Part shown: piece by piece, positions 35,039 to 35,103 of the stretch
Layout: each line of letters starts with the position of its first letter
How positions within the stretch are numbered: position 1 is the stretch's first letter
Assembly: GCF_001194135.2 (NCBI RefSeq)
Contig: NC_069000.1
Coordinates: forward strand, 38,647,387-38,682,489
Direction of reading: 5' to 3'
Length of the DNA: 35,103 bases
From: Octopus bimaculoides
Taxonomy: Eukaryota
The notes under the pieces: generated by a model
What the model was told of the DNA's origin: nothing
Database searches by the model: none
Seen by the model: the letters and a program-made list of their open reading frames with translations, nothing else
Made by a program: the position numbers and the translations under genes

Positions 35039-35103
35039 CTAGCAGGGATACCCGGCGTTGCTGCGGAATAAGTAGCCTAATTGGTGAGTAATGAAATCCT
35101 CCA
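35039..35103 (-). mobile_element. Probable Helitron 3' terminus
   Basis: Minus strand reads ccgcagcaacgccggg (degenerate GC-rich hairpin), then tatccctg, then CTAG followed by T, fitting the Helitron 3' hairpin plus CTRR rule. Confidence 0.6.

Overview
This is AT-rich eukaryotic (animal) genomic DNA with six assembly gaps. The repeat landscape (dense tRNA-derived SINEs, long TA/CA/TATC microsatellites) looks like an octopus or other coleoid cephalopod intron or intergenic region; that attribution is inferred from the repeat types. No intact protein-coding gene, true tRNA gene or CRISPR array can be supported. Nearly all long ORFs in the track are microsatellite or N-run artefacts or shifted frames of decayed transposons. 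The window holds more than 30 SINE copies or fragments in at least four families (my labels). Family B has a tRNA head plus a Meta/MESC-like core. Family C is about 390 bp with 11-12 bp TSDs. Family D has a CORE-like block and an internal microsatellite. The fourth is a single tRNA-headed element at about 9424-9750. There are also decayed remnants of a Penelope-like retroelement, a mariner, a second DNA transposase and a Helitron 3' end. The most interesting signal is the 9.4-9.75 kb element: a Pol III tRNA head fused to a structurally complete minimal hammerhead ribozyme of the Penelope type, bracketed by a perfect 26-bp inverted repeat. This suggests a ribozyme-bearing SINE mobilised by Penelope-like machinery. 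Other notable structures are tandem SINE pairs with triplicated target sites, a fold-back inverted duplication, three-level nesting, and two weak candidate exons.
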